From NCBI GenBank assembly GCA_028023455.1, contig JAQFVV010000007.1:1922001-1986000 (forward strand): 64,000 bases of DNA, in the 5' to 3' direction. The notes under the pieces are model-generated. The model saw only the letters and a program-made list of their open reading frames with translations, was not told the origin of the DNA and did no database searches. The stretch comes from Epiperipatus broadwayi (taxonomy: Eukaryota; Animalia; Onychophora). Shown here in pieces: positions 28,001 to 42,250 of the stretch. Made by a program: the position numbers and the translations under genes. Within the stretch, counting starts at the first letter, position 1. Each line of letters begins with the position of its first letter.

Positions 28001-29371
28001 CAGACATGTCACCTTTATAGGTCCGACTTGCTTGCAAAACATGCATGTTGCCTTGTGGTATGGGCATTCTTTATGCATGTGCAGGTGCTCATTGCATCAA
28101 TAACAAAACTGTGGGCTATTTGATGCTGAGTTTTCTGAGCTGACTGTGTATTTGGGTGACCCAGTGTTATGCTCAAATTTTTTGCACTTTATACTTAGTA
28201 AGTCTTTTTAAAGGGTAGCTTGACTAATTATTGTCTCTGCTAGTTCTGCCTGAGCTACCACTTTCTCAAAATCTAGGTCTGGAATCATTAACATTTTAAG
28301 CCTCAAATTGTGATCATTTATGCCACAAATAAAACAATCATGAAGTGCTTCATTCATGAAGTCTTTGAAACAGCACTTCAAGGCTAATATAGGGATTTAT
28401 GTTGGAAATTCTTTAGCTGTTTCACCCTGTTCTTGTATGCTGAGATTAAAATGGTATCTCTGCATTATTGTCAAAGCTTTAGGAGAAATATACTCTGTGA
28501 GAATCATCAACATTCTGTCAAAATCCAGCTCAACTGGGGTTAGAGTCATAGATTGAGACTTGAGTATATCGTTTGTTTGTAAACCTATAATGGTCATTAG
28601 TGTGGCTAACTTTACCTCAGGTTTTCTAATCTGGTTAGCCTGTAGGTAAAAAAATCAAATGCTCTTTATAATTTGGCCAGCTCTCAGGTTGAGCTAGATT
28701 AAAAGTTTCCATAGAGCCAATTACTTTAGCCATCTTTATTTATTTATGCAAGTCACCATTCGTAATTATTTTGTCCTACTGTTGTAGTTGTTTAAAATCA
28801 ATTTTTGTATTTTATTTTCTGACTAACCACTCATAATTAATTTTGTTACTCACAATTAATTTTGTATTACTGTTTGTAGTTGTTTAAAATTGATTTTTAT
28901 CTTTTTTTTTTTTTTTGAGTAACCACTCATAATTATTTTGGTTTTATTGTTACATTATTGTAACTAACTCAATAAAGCTTTTAAACCACTAGAGTGAGCC
29001 TTGTTGCTGTCTTTCCAATAAAGCTCTCATAATTGGTAATAGCTTCAAATTGACATGTCTTTACATGGTTTTTTAAGAACCACTATAATGAATTTATGGC
29101 AAATGTAAATTTGTTCAAAAAGAAAAATAATAAGATTAATATGCAAAATATGCACTCATATATTTATTTTATATGTTTAAATATAATTTTTCCAGCCAAT
29201 ATGCAAAATATGCACTTGCATATTTATTTCATACATTTAGATATACTTTTTTAGCCATGAGGGAAAAATTTCTGTGTGACTGTGCCAAATCTGTTGAGAC
29301 TGGTGTATTTTAAACTATAATTTTTTGAGCCATAACAAAACAAATTTTCAAATGTCTGACTGTGCCAAATC

Positions 29372-29965
29372 TGTTGTGTTTGGTTTGACTTACAGGTTCA
29401 TTCAAAACCAACAGATACAAAAAACAACAACTACCCAACAATTAATATGGACAATTTATTAGTACTAAAAATATACACACTTGTTAGTTAAATAATGATA
29501 TAGATATATTATTTATACAAGTTAATGCTGAGGTAATCATGCTGAGTAATAGAATTTTCTTCCAGCTAATGATTAGCCTGCCTCATGGTCTCTGGTAAAA
29601 CTCTTCCAGTTATGTATTTAGCTTGCCTTGAGTCGAGCGCAGACTTAGCAGTTTTCAGTCCATAGGTGGAGTTGCCTCACTGCGTGGATTTCACAATAAT
29701 GAGAAGAGATGCTACATTTGCTGATGGCAGTGGGTTTAATAGAGAGCAAATTCAGTCATTCAGGTTGACCGAAATAATTGGTTTTCTGCCCTGTCTCGAA
29801 AAGGCTGACTATTTAATGGCAGATCCACTACCTTACTGGAAACATGTAAATTTGGTGCATGAACCCCAGTGAAGGAGTTAATCTCTTTGGATAGCAACTG
29901 GGTGATAGCCAATCAGGTAAGGAATCTGAAATGGTCCACTCCTAAATGCAAGGTCAGATATGACA
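29372..29965 (-). repeat. 5' LTR of Gypsy element 24521-29965
   Basis: Begins TGTTGTGTTTGG and ends GTCAGATATGACA; roughly 80% identical to the other LTR by eye. Confidence 0.9.
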
Positions 29966-30109
29966 GTTTGTTTAATAAAAATAATAATAGGGAAAACAGA
30001 TAATTTTATCGAACTTGAAATCTTCTTATATATGTAGTAATTAAATAGTCTACATCTGCTGAAGTAATATATTTGTGCATTTATTATTGTATTAAAAAAT
30101 ATCCATATT

Positions 30110-33100
30110 TTTAAAATGTAAATGGTCAAGTGGGTTTAAACCAGCCAAGGTTAGTTTCACACAAGAAAAGGGAAGATTACGGATTACATAATCTGAACTA
30201 TTGAAAATAAAATCACTACCACAAAAAACAGAATATACTCGATAAACCACTAGCCAAAAGATCAGTGGTCTGCAAAATACACAAACCAAGTTTGATTAAG
30301 TTTAAAGACAAATAAAGCAAACAAAAAGTACAGGTGATTAAAAGAAAATTATTAAGATCAGCCTGAGTATTTATCAGTGGTTACTCATAGAACAGAAAAA
30401 ACATTAAGCATATAAAATGTCACTTGCCATACACTCTCAAATAAGTAATATTGTAAGATGGAAATTCTTGTCACTAAGATTCTAATATATAAAAAAATAC
30501 ATTAATATTTAAATTAATAAGTCACACACCATACATATAATTTCTTTTAAGATTAAGCTGAGATTTTCCAGAGACTTAATTAGAGATTTAGCCCTGATTT
30601 TAATATGGAAAGGTAATTTACCTTGAGGTAATATTAATTTTTGCTTTTCATGCAAAGTTCAGTTTATAAAGAGTCCTATACAGAAGTTTTAATTTACTAA
30701 AGGTTCTGTAGAATGGAAGCACTATTGGGATCAGCTCTTGACACTTAGGTCATAATTGACATCACAATTTTGGAGCTCCAGAGTTCATCTTTGGAAAGGT
30801 TAAGCCCATCATGTTGTGGAGATTCTATATGGGGTAGATTATAGGCATGGCATCTTAATGGCATCTACTATCATGGCAAATAATAGAATTATTGTCGGTC
30901 AACAGAAATCCAACTTGGTAATTTACATTGAACAAATATCAAATAAAATTAGAATCACTTCAATGACACAACAGTTCAATAACAGAAAATTCTGGATGAA
31001 TCCTCAATAACAAGAAGCTGAATAATCTGAGCAATCAGAATAAATTGAGTGACTAAAATAGTCTCTGAATAATCTGAATGAATGAAACCCAAAGCTATTT
31101 TTGTTCATCATTATCTCCCACACAATCTTTTATTGCAAGTTTCAACCAGGGTAAATCTCTCTCTTTTACTCAATCTTAATTAGAAAGACAACATATGACC
31201 ATGGCTTTATCTTACAAAATTAATTTTTAAAAAAATGTCAAACTAAATCTCAGTTTTAAAACTAAATCAACTTTTTTTTTTTTTTAAAAAAAAAACTTTT
31301 ATAAAAAGATTAATTAAACTTTGCTTGCTTTTAATTCCTTTAAAAAAAAAACAAGTGTCATAAAAAATTATTGCACATATAAAACTTTTAATTTACTTTC
31401 TTTTAAATTTTACTAAAAATAGAATTTGCTTTTAATTTACATGATAGAACTTTTGAATCGGATAAAGTATCCGATTCAACTGCCCCATCATGCCACAAAA
31501 AAAAATACAAGCATTTTTTTGCTGTCGTTTTTTAAAACTTTAACCCCAAAACATTTAAAACTTTTAAAACCATCCCCAGCTGAACATTTGTCCTGAGTTC
31601 AATTCCTTAAGTCTATCTTCTATCTTTTAACTGGCTGGCCTAAGGCTCGATGCATTATAAGACCCATAAATCCCACCTTCATCTTCCAATACAAAGGCAT
31701 ATGGATCACTTTTCTTTTGTATAATGAAAGGTCCATTGTATACTGAAAAAAATTTTCCATATTGATGCTGGGTCAGATTGCTGATGTGGGTTTTTTTTTA
31801 CAAGAACCAACCTCCTACCTCAAATCTACATGGTCATCAATTTTAACTTTATTCTAGCCTTTCTTTTATTTTTTTCTTCATCAATTTTCTCCCAATCTAC
31901 AGGCAAGGGAGCCTTTATCAGCATTGGATAATTTTGTCCAAGTTGTAACCTGATGGATGCAAACCCTGTAGACTCATTCTGTGTCTAATTTATGTAATTA
32001 GTAATGTTTTTGTCTGTTTAACTCATTCACAGTGAATTTCTTTGACATAAAGCTGAAGCAAATGATTTAGCTCCCACATGACTCTCTCACAGGGATTAGA
32101 TTGGGGATTACAAATAGATGTTAATACATTTTGAATGCCCTATTTCTGAATCCACTGGTGGGATTTAAAGGGTGTCCTATGGTCTGTAAGTATCATCTGG
32201 GGCTTACCAATCTTTAGAAACTGATACTCCCACATGATCCAGATAGTACCTTGAGTATCCACTTTTCTATGCAGTCACATACTTGGAAAATTATGACTAA
32301 ATATCGGTAATGCTTATAGGTGGGTAAGGGTTCATAAAAGTCTATGCCAACAATTTTTTAGGGTTATGCACTAAAATAGGTTGTAAGATCCCAGTAAATT
32401 TCTTATTTACATGTTTGGTTTATGAATATACATGACATTTTCCCAAAACTGACTCAACATTTGAATATAAACTTGGTCAGTAAAATACTTCCCTGAGCAC
32501 ACGCTGTACCTTATGTAGGTCAAAGTGTCTATAAAAACAATATATATAGTTTATAAGTTTGTTTCTCAGTCCCTGGGGTATAAGGATTCTCCATGAGTTT
32601 TCCTCCATGGTAACCCTGTTTTGCAATACACCATTTTTTATTGTATATGCTTCATATTTTCCCAATGTCACTGTGTCACTGGGGTCAGAAGTTCCTATCC
32701 CTTTTTTATATGTAATGATGTGTGCATACTCTGGGCTGGTCTCCTGTATTTCAGGCAGCCTTAGTAATTGTTGCTCTAGGGACTCATCTATGGCCAACAT
32801 GAATGCTGCAATACTTAGATTGTTGGGCTCAAAATGATGTGGAGTCAGATCTATGAGATGGTGACTCAAAATATCCACCCCATTATTTTCTTGGCCTTTA
32901 CAATATAGAACTTTATACTGGAATTTCTGTAGCATAAGACTCCATCATATCAATTGATCATTTGATAAGTAACTGCTATTAAGAAATTTCAAGCTCTTAT
33001 GATCCACAATTACAACAATCTCTGACCCAAGCAGGAATTATTTGAATTTACTGAAAGCCCACACAATGGCCAGAGCTTCCTCTTCTGTCATCATGTAATT

Positions 33101-36100
33101 ATTTTTTGCCCCTTTTAGCTTTCAGCTACAAAAATACAACACTCTGTGATGTTGCTGTTTGTCAATTTGAAATAACACTATCCCAAGCCCTTGCCTGCTA
33201 TTGTTGGTCTGAATGCATAAAATTTGTGAAAAGTCAGAGTAGGCCAGAACCACCTGTTCTAAGATCTTTTTTTAATGCATTGAAATTCCTGCTCCTGTTT
33301 GGACTCCCAGATCCATTTTTGGTCTTTGGTTAATAACCGAACCAAATTTGTAGCTCTAATGCAAAATTTTCATAAAATCTATGATAAAAATAGCATAATC
33401 CCAGAAAAGACCATATCTGATGCCTATTAGTGGGTGTAGGAAAATGTATCACTGTTAGTTTCTCAGGATGAAGTTTAATGCCCTCTTTTCCTATTAAGAA
33501 GCCTAACAATGCAACCTCCTCCTGGACCATGCAAGATTTTTGTTAAGTTGATGGTAATGTTTTTCTGGTAGCACTCCGTTAAAAACATTTTCTTCCATAT
33601 TTTTAGATGCGATGACTACTTCATTTATATACATCCCAATCAGGTTCTTGATTTTGTCTGTTAACACTCAATCCAAACACTTTAGAAGTCTTAAATCACT
33701 ATTGATTAACCCAAAAGGCATACGGTTAAACACATATGTATATCTTTCATAGTCAAAACTGGTGTATTTGCAGTCAAACAGGTGCAGAGGGATCTTCAAG
33801 TAACTAGAGATCAAGTTCAAATGGAATAGGGTATGAATGACTCTGGAAATGATTTTCTTCCTTAACTTGAATGTGATGCACATGTCCCTCAACGGTCTTG
33901 GGCCTATTTTAAAAAACAATAAAACTTCCTCAACAATTCCATTGGAGGGTGTTGTTGTTCTGTTCCTTTTAAAATAGATTGTGACACTTTATTTTGCATT
34001 TCTACAGTATCCCTTACTTTCTGAACACACTGTACATAAATTGGTTTATAATGCTTCAGCCCTTCAAATGGCATTAAAACATCTTGGCAAATAAATAAAC
34101 ATTTGTCATAATCCAACACACATCTATGCTTTTTTTAAAATTGGTCCCAATTATAACATCTTGTCTAAGACCAGGCATTATCAAAAAGACATGGTCTAAC
34201 TCTACATTCCCCAGATACAACTGTAACTATATCTGTTTGGTTTCAATATTTGCCTTCTTGCGTTAGCCAGCACCACCTGCATTCTATTTAGTGGCAATGT
34301 ATACAAACACTGCTGCTTTTCTTTTATTTTCACATAAAACTTACTAAAGGGCAATAACATTTGACTTTCTGAATCAATCAATGCTTTTGTAATGATATCT
34401 CCAGTCTTTATACTGATAATAGGGCAAGTATGTATAGCTCCATTCCATGCTGGTTCTTCTTGATCAACCACCACATTAGCTATAGCCCTACTGCTTTCTT
34501 ACTTTTTGTTTATCGGACCTGGTAATGGACTCTTTGATCCATTAATATCAACAGTGTCTGATCACCCAGCATTGTTCTTTTTTTTCTTTTCTCTGATTTT
34601 TCTCTGGCCTGGTTACATTCTATTTCAGTTAACAGTTTGACTTTTTTAAATGTGAATGTTGTTACTATGCAACATGATCTGCTGTATATCCCCTGGCATA
34701 TTGCTCAATATTATTTAGCTTATCTGACCCTCAAAAAAAGAGAAAGCTATCAATGACTTCAGTCTTGCTGCTTGTCTGTAGAAAAAGTGGGTGTAAGTTT
34801 CTCCATTACTCCTAGTATATCTTTCTTGTGATATATTGTTGAAAAATATGATACCACTTTCCTTCAGATCAAAAAGTGTGAACTAATTTACCTCTGTAAT
34901 TCCAAAAAGTATGTGGCTTTTGTACTTAAAGTATGCCACCAATCCTTGGCCACCCCTTGTAAATGGTTGCATGCAATTGCCATCTGTTCTTTTGCCTGCC
35001 AATTATGAAATTTAAACATCTCTTGCAAGCTCTCCAAATGCTCTAATGGGCTGTCCCAAATATCAGCCCTAAAAGATTTTATTTGCCAACCTATTCTGGC
35101 CATGATGCTAGCCTGTTTATTTTCAGTCTCTTCTTCTAACTTTTTTCCCCCCCCCTTTTTTTCCCCCCCCCCCCCTTTTTCCCTTTTTTTTTTTTTTTTT
35201 AAAACTTTTTTTTTTTTTTTTTTTTTTCCTCATACCATTCACCCCCCCTTTAGTATTCACAATCTGAATTTTATTTAAATTACAAATGAAATTTTTCTTT
35301 TAAATCTATATATTAAATTTTTTTTAAAATCTTTAACTGCTAATTTTTATATATATATATATTTAAATACAAAACTTAAACTCTTTACTTACTTTTTTTT
35401 CTTAAGAAAAAAACAAATATATAACTTCTTAATATCTATTTGTCTAACTCGTACATTCAGTAATAACTCTAAAAAAATGCTGTTTAACTATATAATAATT
35501 ATTCATATTGAAAAGATGAATCCCCTATTCCAAACTGCTTCCTACAATATACACCCTGGCTAGCACAAACTGATCCCTACCTATGAAATCTTGCTTCCTA
35601 CACCTGAAATATTCTTTAATTGTTTGAACACAATCTCACAAGGGCTTTAAACTCGAAGCCCTATGTTGGTTGTGCTAAAATTTAATACCTATGTACCAGA
35701 TGAAAAAATTTTGCTTTCACATATACTAACCACAAGGGCACCACTAGTCTGAAAATTGGAACTAGACATTTATTTTTAAGGGTGAAAAAGATATATGAAC
35801 ATGAATGTGCCAGACTAAACCCATGGTGAGCAAGAGATCATGAATGTTGTTCAGACAATTGAGAAAACACTGAGACAAACATCAGCCAAAATAATTACAA
35901 GAACTTTTAAATTTATTAAACATATAACAAAATAAATATAGAAACTTGACCCTCATTTTCTTGGAAGATTTTATCATTGAGTGTATGACAGCATTAATAC
36001 ATTAAATAGCCAGGCAGACAATTTTATTTCTCACCTATAACATAAGAAGGGCTTATATTTTTCTGCTAGTGGTTCACCTAAACCAATTCTATTTTTTATA

Positions 36101-37590
36101 GAGATTTAGAAAGATGGATGCATGTGTAGAACCAACAGAACAGTGCATATGAGCTTTTCTTTAGCCCAGAAAAGAAATGTTGGAACTAAGAATGTTATAA
36201 ATTCTGCAAAACATTCATGGTCAGGTACATTTAAACCATCCAAGGTTAGTCTCACACAAGAAAAAGGAAGATTATGGACTACATAATCTAAACTATAGAA
36301 AATAAAATCTCTACCAAAAAAGCAGAACAATATGATTAAGTTTAACAATAAATAAAACAAACAAAAATGACAGGTGATTAAAAAAAAACTACTAAGATCG
36401 GCCTGAGTATTTATCAGGGGTTAGTCATAGAACAGAGAAAACATTAGGCATATAAAATATCACTCACCATACACTCTCAAATAATTAATATTTTTAAAAT
36501 GGAAAATCTTATCACTAAGATTCCAATATATAAAAAGAAAATACATTAATATTTAAATTAACACACATCATAAATATAATTACTTTTAAAATTAAGCTGA
36601 GATTTGCCAGAGACTTAATTAGAGATTTAGCTCTGATGTTAATATGGAAAGGTAATTTACCTCAAAATAATATTAATTTCTGCTGTTCGTGCAAAGTTCA
36701 GTTTATAAAGAGTCCTATACAGCAACTTTAATTTACTACAGGTTCAGAAGAATGGAAGCACTATTGGGATCAGCTCTGGACTTGATACTTAGGTCATGAT
36801 TGAAGTCACAATTTTGGAGCTCTGGACATTCATCTTTGGAAAGATTTAGCTCATCATGTTGTGGAGATTCTTCATGGCATAGATTATAGGCACAGGGTCT
36901 GAATTGTGGCTACTATCATGGCAAATAGTAGAATTATTGTCGGTCAACAGAAATCATATTTGGTGATTCCCACAGAACAAATATCAAATAAAATTTGAAT
37001 CACTTCAATGATGCAGCAGTTCAATAACAGGAAAATCTGGATGAATCCTCATTAGTAAGAAGCTGAATAATCTGAGCAATCAGAATTAATAAGCTGAGTC
37101 ACTAGAATAATCTCTCTGAATAATCTGAATGAATGAAACCCAGAGCTATTTATGTCCATCGTTATCTCCCATGCAATTTTTTATTGCAAGTTTCAACCAG
37201 GGTAAATGTATCTCCCACTCAATCTTAATTATCTGACCAGGGTTTTATCTTACAAAATTAATTTAAAAAAAAAAAATTCAAACTAAATCTCAGCTTTAAA
37301 ACTAAATCAATTTTTTTTTTAAAAAATAAAATACGTTTATAAAAAGATTAATTAAACTTTGCTTGCTTTTAATTCCTTTAAAAAAAAAACAAGTGTCATA
37401 AAAAAAAAAAAATTTAAACTAAAATCGATTGAGAATTAAAAATTTAAGATTTTAACATAAATAAGTATGTATGTTATTGCACATATAAAACTTTTAATTT
37501 TTAACTTTCTTTTAAATTTTACCAAAAGTAGAATTTGGTTTTAATTTACATGATAGAACTTTTGAATTGAATAAAGTATCCAGTTCAATA
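30110..37590 (-). mobile_element. Second decayed Gypsy LTR retrotransposon with long (about 1.4 kb) LTRs
   Basis: Direct repeats at about 30110-31480 and 36200-37590. Internal minus-strand fragments cover gag (34888-35103), protease KALIDSES (34202-34474), RT (33330-33919, RMPFGLINS, VALLGFLIG), RNase H and integrase (32477-32935). Outer boundaries and TSD not resolved. Confidence 0.85.
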
Positions 37591-37669
37591 TATATGTGCA
37601 CACACACATCTATGTTGCTGTGTGCCATGTAACCCAGATGGTTACAATATATTAAAGGTTTTATGAAAC

Positions 37670-39235
37670 TGCTTTGTAATATGTGAAAAATCAAATGATA
37701 AATTACATTGTAAAGGAAAAAGACAAATGTTTTTCATATGCAAAAGATTTGAATTGCTTAGTTTTTAAAAATATAACACATTTTGAACCCTTTGTAATTT
37801 GCCTATTTTGAATTTAGTTTTAAATAAAATTTCTCACATTTTTATATTAAAACTGAATGGCAAAGCTATCTATAATATTAAAATTTTAAAAAGAATAATG
37901 TTTTAGACATTATTGAGCTATATTTAAATGTTGGCAATGATATGTTTTACTTCCCTAAACTATTAACTAATGTAAATAAAGAAAGAGAGAAAATCATGAT
38001 GTAATTTTAAAACATTTGGAAATTTAATTTCCACAGCATATTTTTCAAAAAATATGTTGTAGAGATGCAAATGTCAGGTTTTATCTATCTGGTAATGTAT
38101 ATCTTATTTGAAAATATCAAATAGGTATAAATACATCTGAAACAAGCAACTAGGCATTTTAATTTAGGCATTCTGATTTTATTCCAACCCAATCTACTTT
38201 TGAAGCTGTGTTGCAGTGACCCATGCCAAAAAGAGAAACAACTATTGGTTAAAACTCTTACATCGTAACTCAGGTAGCCATATTTTGCTGACTGTTTTTA
38301 AAGTATTTTTCAATACTACAATCATAACAACCAATATGTTGATTTTATGTGGCAGAAAACTTTTCCCAATGTGTGGCATGGGCAAAAGAAAAAACACACC
38401 AGTCAAAATACCCAGAAAATATAGCCAGATCCAAAAACTAATGCTGAAGTTTGTTAAACTAGACAATGTCTGAAATGCCATGAAAAAAAAAAGGACTGCT
38501 CCATAAGAACTACCCAAGATCTACTGATATACCTTGTATAATGTCACCAATGTTGCCATATTTACCATCTATCCCACCAGTGACCAAGGAGAAAATGAAC
38601 CATCTTTGGAGCAATTAATGAAGTCAATCTGATATTAAAAGAAATATATCTGCCAAAAACCATGATTTGTGACTCTTTCAATATGGTAAGATGTTATCAT
38701 TATAAATATTTTAAAGCCTTAAACTTAAATGTAAACTTAAATTTAAAATCATTATATTTAATATTTTATATACATATTAATATTGAGAGTATATACACAT
38801 TTTATTTAATCATTGTTAATAAATTGATTACTTTTTTATTAATCTATTTAGTTTGTGTTTGTAACTCAATCCAAACATTATGCTTTTAATACTCTTATGC
38901 TAATTAATATCCACAGACTTGAGAAATCATGAAATTCCCTGGAGTACATGCAAGGATGGTGGTGATAATTTATAATTTATGATGATCATACCTTTAAAAG
39001 TTTTCCAAAAGTTAAACTTTCTTTTTAAAAGGTTTGATATTTTTCAGGTTCATTTTATTAAAATTGAAAAACAAATAACATACTTCTGGGAATAATTGTA
39101 CTTTTAAATTATAAATTATCGTCATCATATTGGTTAATATTATTATATACATTAATTGAATCTGTTTTATATTAGAATTTTATTAACCATTCAACTTTCA
39201 AATATATTTGAATCAAAATTTACAGTACATATTGA
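37670..39235 (-). mobile_element. Dispersed repeat copy 1, probable decayed Mutator-like transposon
   Basis: Colinear with 57431-59052 in the same orientation. Frame-mixed minus translation resembles the MULE motif GCFFH..Q.HWRK (about 38370-38410). The repeat is certain; the family call is tentative. Confidence 0.5.
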
Positions 39236-39949
39236 ATAAAAACTCTTGTACCATGAAATATTTACTGTTACATATTCAACATTACATATTTGGTACAACC
39301 AATTTTTATGTTCAATTTATTGTTCAATTTCATTATTCAACAGATACCTATTTGTGCAGCCAAATTGCAAAATGTACATCTCTTTTCCTATGCTTAAATT
39401 TCACTTGTGTACAATCACACAACATATTGCACAATAAAGCATAAATAACATTAACAAATTGTGATGTATAATAAATAAGTATAATGCAATTAAATGTATG
39501 GATTGAGAAATACGATTAGCATTTAAATAAAAAGAAAAAAATGTATGTGCTAATATTTTATGAAAGCAGCACATTGTGTCTAGATAAGCATGGTAATATT
39601 TAATAAATAGCTGTTCATATAAAAGATAATGAAAGTAATCATTAAGGCAGAGATATATCATGTTATTCTGGAGAAGATTTTATAAAAAGGGTTGAGACTA
39701 GAGTGTGTTTATTTAATGATAGAATATAAATTGAAACATATTTAAGCTTTTAAAAATGATTCCAACACAATTGTGTTGGAATCATTATTAATTATTTGAA
39801 AACATTATGGACAAATTTATGTTTGTCCATTGTTAAGGATTAAGCCTTTAAATCTGCATAAAAAGAAATCAACAAAAGAGAATAAAATAGAACATTTAGT
39901 TTTATACATTGATGATAAAAAAAGGATGGATACGCAGTTAAACATTGAT

Positions 39950-42250
39950 CTATCAACACAGGAACCAATACAGGCAATGAAATTAGAGCCAATAGAGTAA
40001 GAAGCTATTCTGAGAGTACAAAACCCTTTACACAAAAATCACATACAATGCTGTATGCTTTCATGGAAAATGTTGAAGAAATGCAATAAAAATTTGAAGA
40101 AAAAAAAACAAGAGAGCAGAAATAACAAAATTAAACAAATGTATTTAAAACATGAAGAAAAGCAACAAAAAAGAGATAGTGAATTTGAAAAAATACATCA
40201 AGAAATAAAAAGAAAAGTTTGAAGTAGTACAAGATACTACAAGTACCATGAAGCTGGAAATAGTGAATCAAATACAAGAGCAAATACAAAAATGTAGAAT
40301 GTATAGAAAGAAGATTACATAGTGATTTAAAAGAAATGGTTAAAAAATCTATTGAATCTAGTGAAAATAAATTAAATGAAAATGTCCAAAGTATAGGAGA
40401 AAGAATAGAAAAACTGGAAATGATACAAGAAATAAAGAGAGATGAAGATCAAATATAAAATTCAACATTTAAAGAAAATCTCATAGACAGTGAAGAAAAG
40501 ATATCAGAAAACTTAGAAAATAGTTGGCATTATGAATGACTTAAAAAATGGATTATGCAAACATGAAAGAAGATACATGAAATTGGTTTACAGAAACTAA
40601 AAGAATTTTTTAGAAGATAGTAAAAGTGACATAAGATACAAAAACAAAAAAAAGTTATGAAAACAAAACAGTTACAGGTCAGTATAGATATTATGATACT
40701 TTTAGCTATATAAATCAATTTCTAAAAATCTAGGCACTCAGAGATGTGGCAAGAGAAATGCCCATGGAATACCTTGATAGTCTGGAGAATTATTTCTAAT
40801 TGAACTAGCTAACAGAAAGAGCGCAAGTGGCTATCATTTACAAAATCTGCTGAGGAATGATAGAACTCATTAATAAAGAAACCAACCACCTATTTTCATT
40901 ACAGACAATAAATTTTAAATAATTTTTATACTGAAGAGTCATTATGCAGGAAAGATTTTACATAAAAAATGATGAAAGTTACACAGAATACACAGAATTC
41001 TTTAGAAAGCAAGTATCAGACTTAAGAACATTATCTGCATGTGGCATGACATAAAGTCAGATCATCTGAATTATTCCATATAATCTTCAGTAATGACAGT
41101 AAAACAAGTGGCTGAGCTTTTAAATGCCAACAATATGAACATTCAGAATCAGGATGGAGAAAGCAAGTTCCTCTCAGCAAACTAGTAGTTTAACAAAAAA
41201 GTGAGACATCTATTAGTTGTATCAGAGCAAAAAATGAACAAAGATTCCAACCCTATAAATGGTGGCAAAAAAAAGAAGAAACTCTGGTAACAGAGATAGA
41301 ACATGCATAATACATTCTAGAAGTTTTCCAAGCCCAAGAAAACCAGGCAGTCTAGTAAAATCTCCAGAGAACACACCACATTCAGAAACTAGTACTGGAA
41401 TAAAAAAAGATAGGAGTAGAAGCAGAAAACAAAAAAAAAATGGGATCCAAACCAGCGTGAAGAAATCAGCATTGACCCAGGAGATGGCAAAACATAATTT
41501 AAATCCACTTGGAATCATGGCAGAAGTATTTTGACATAACTATGTAAACCTTAATGTTAGATTAATAAAGACTAGCTCATTCCCTTTCAACCCTGGATCT
41601 GTTAAAATGCTTTAAGGCAAAATGAAATTAATTATAGTATTTCAAAATATATGATTATATGACAATATCAAAAATGGCATTAAAAGGACAAGAAGAAAAC
41701 TGACCAGTTTGCTAGAAAGCAAGTGTGATTTTTATGGATAGTATTGTCATAAAAGATAGTAGTAATGACATAAATAAATAGTTATGAAATATATAATCTG
41801 AACATTGATTTCTGCAGAGAACAAAAAAATGATAAAGAAGCTATTATAGTGTGATATATTGAGATTTGGTCATGTATATGAGACACTATGTTGTTATCAT
41901 ATGATGTTTTTAAATGTACATTATCTCAGATGCTGCCATAATATTTTTTCAAAATGGTTTACTTACTCACCTCAAAGGCTAAAAGGAAGCAAGGCATAGT
42001 TTGAGTTTTTGTTGAATCTAGAAGCCTCTAAGACTCACAAGGGAGCAAGTCTTAATTTTCAAATGGAATTTAGCCTCTAAGACTCAAAAAAACAGCAAGA
42101 CAGTTTATTTTGATGTAGTTGTGGGTAGCTCAACAAAAGTTAAACTATGATAATCCTTCTTGTGTCCATGCTTTATAGTACTAGAGTTTTATGATGGAAA
42201 TTTTATAGATCCTGGAGTTAAAATCATATGCATTCTTTATAGCATTCGAT
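39950..42250 (+). mobile_element. Heavily decayed Gypsy-like gag-protease-RT remnant
   Basis: E/K-rich coiled-coil-like region, then PMEYLDSLENYF (about 40760; compare PLEHLESLQEMF in the gag at 35.0 kb) and a protease-like LIKTSS (about 41565). Confidence 0.4.

Larger units (their letters stand above)
24521..29965 (-). mobile_element. Structurally complete but decayed Gypsy LTR retrotransposon
   Basis: Two homologous LTRs (24521-25093 and 29372-29965), TSD GTTTG at 24516-24520 and 29966-29970, PPT next to 25094 and a PBS-like TGGCACAGTCAG next to 29371. Internal minus-strand fragments cover gag (28397-28597), zinc knuckles, protease LDTGS (about 27820), RT YFDDVL (26861-27082), RNase H (26391-26582) and integrase (25249-25737). 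Confidence 0.93.

Noticed and set aside
35150-35230. Poly-C/poly-T tract inside the second Gypsy
   Set aside because: Low-complexity homopolymers, possibly poor-quality sequence; no structure to interpret.
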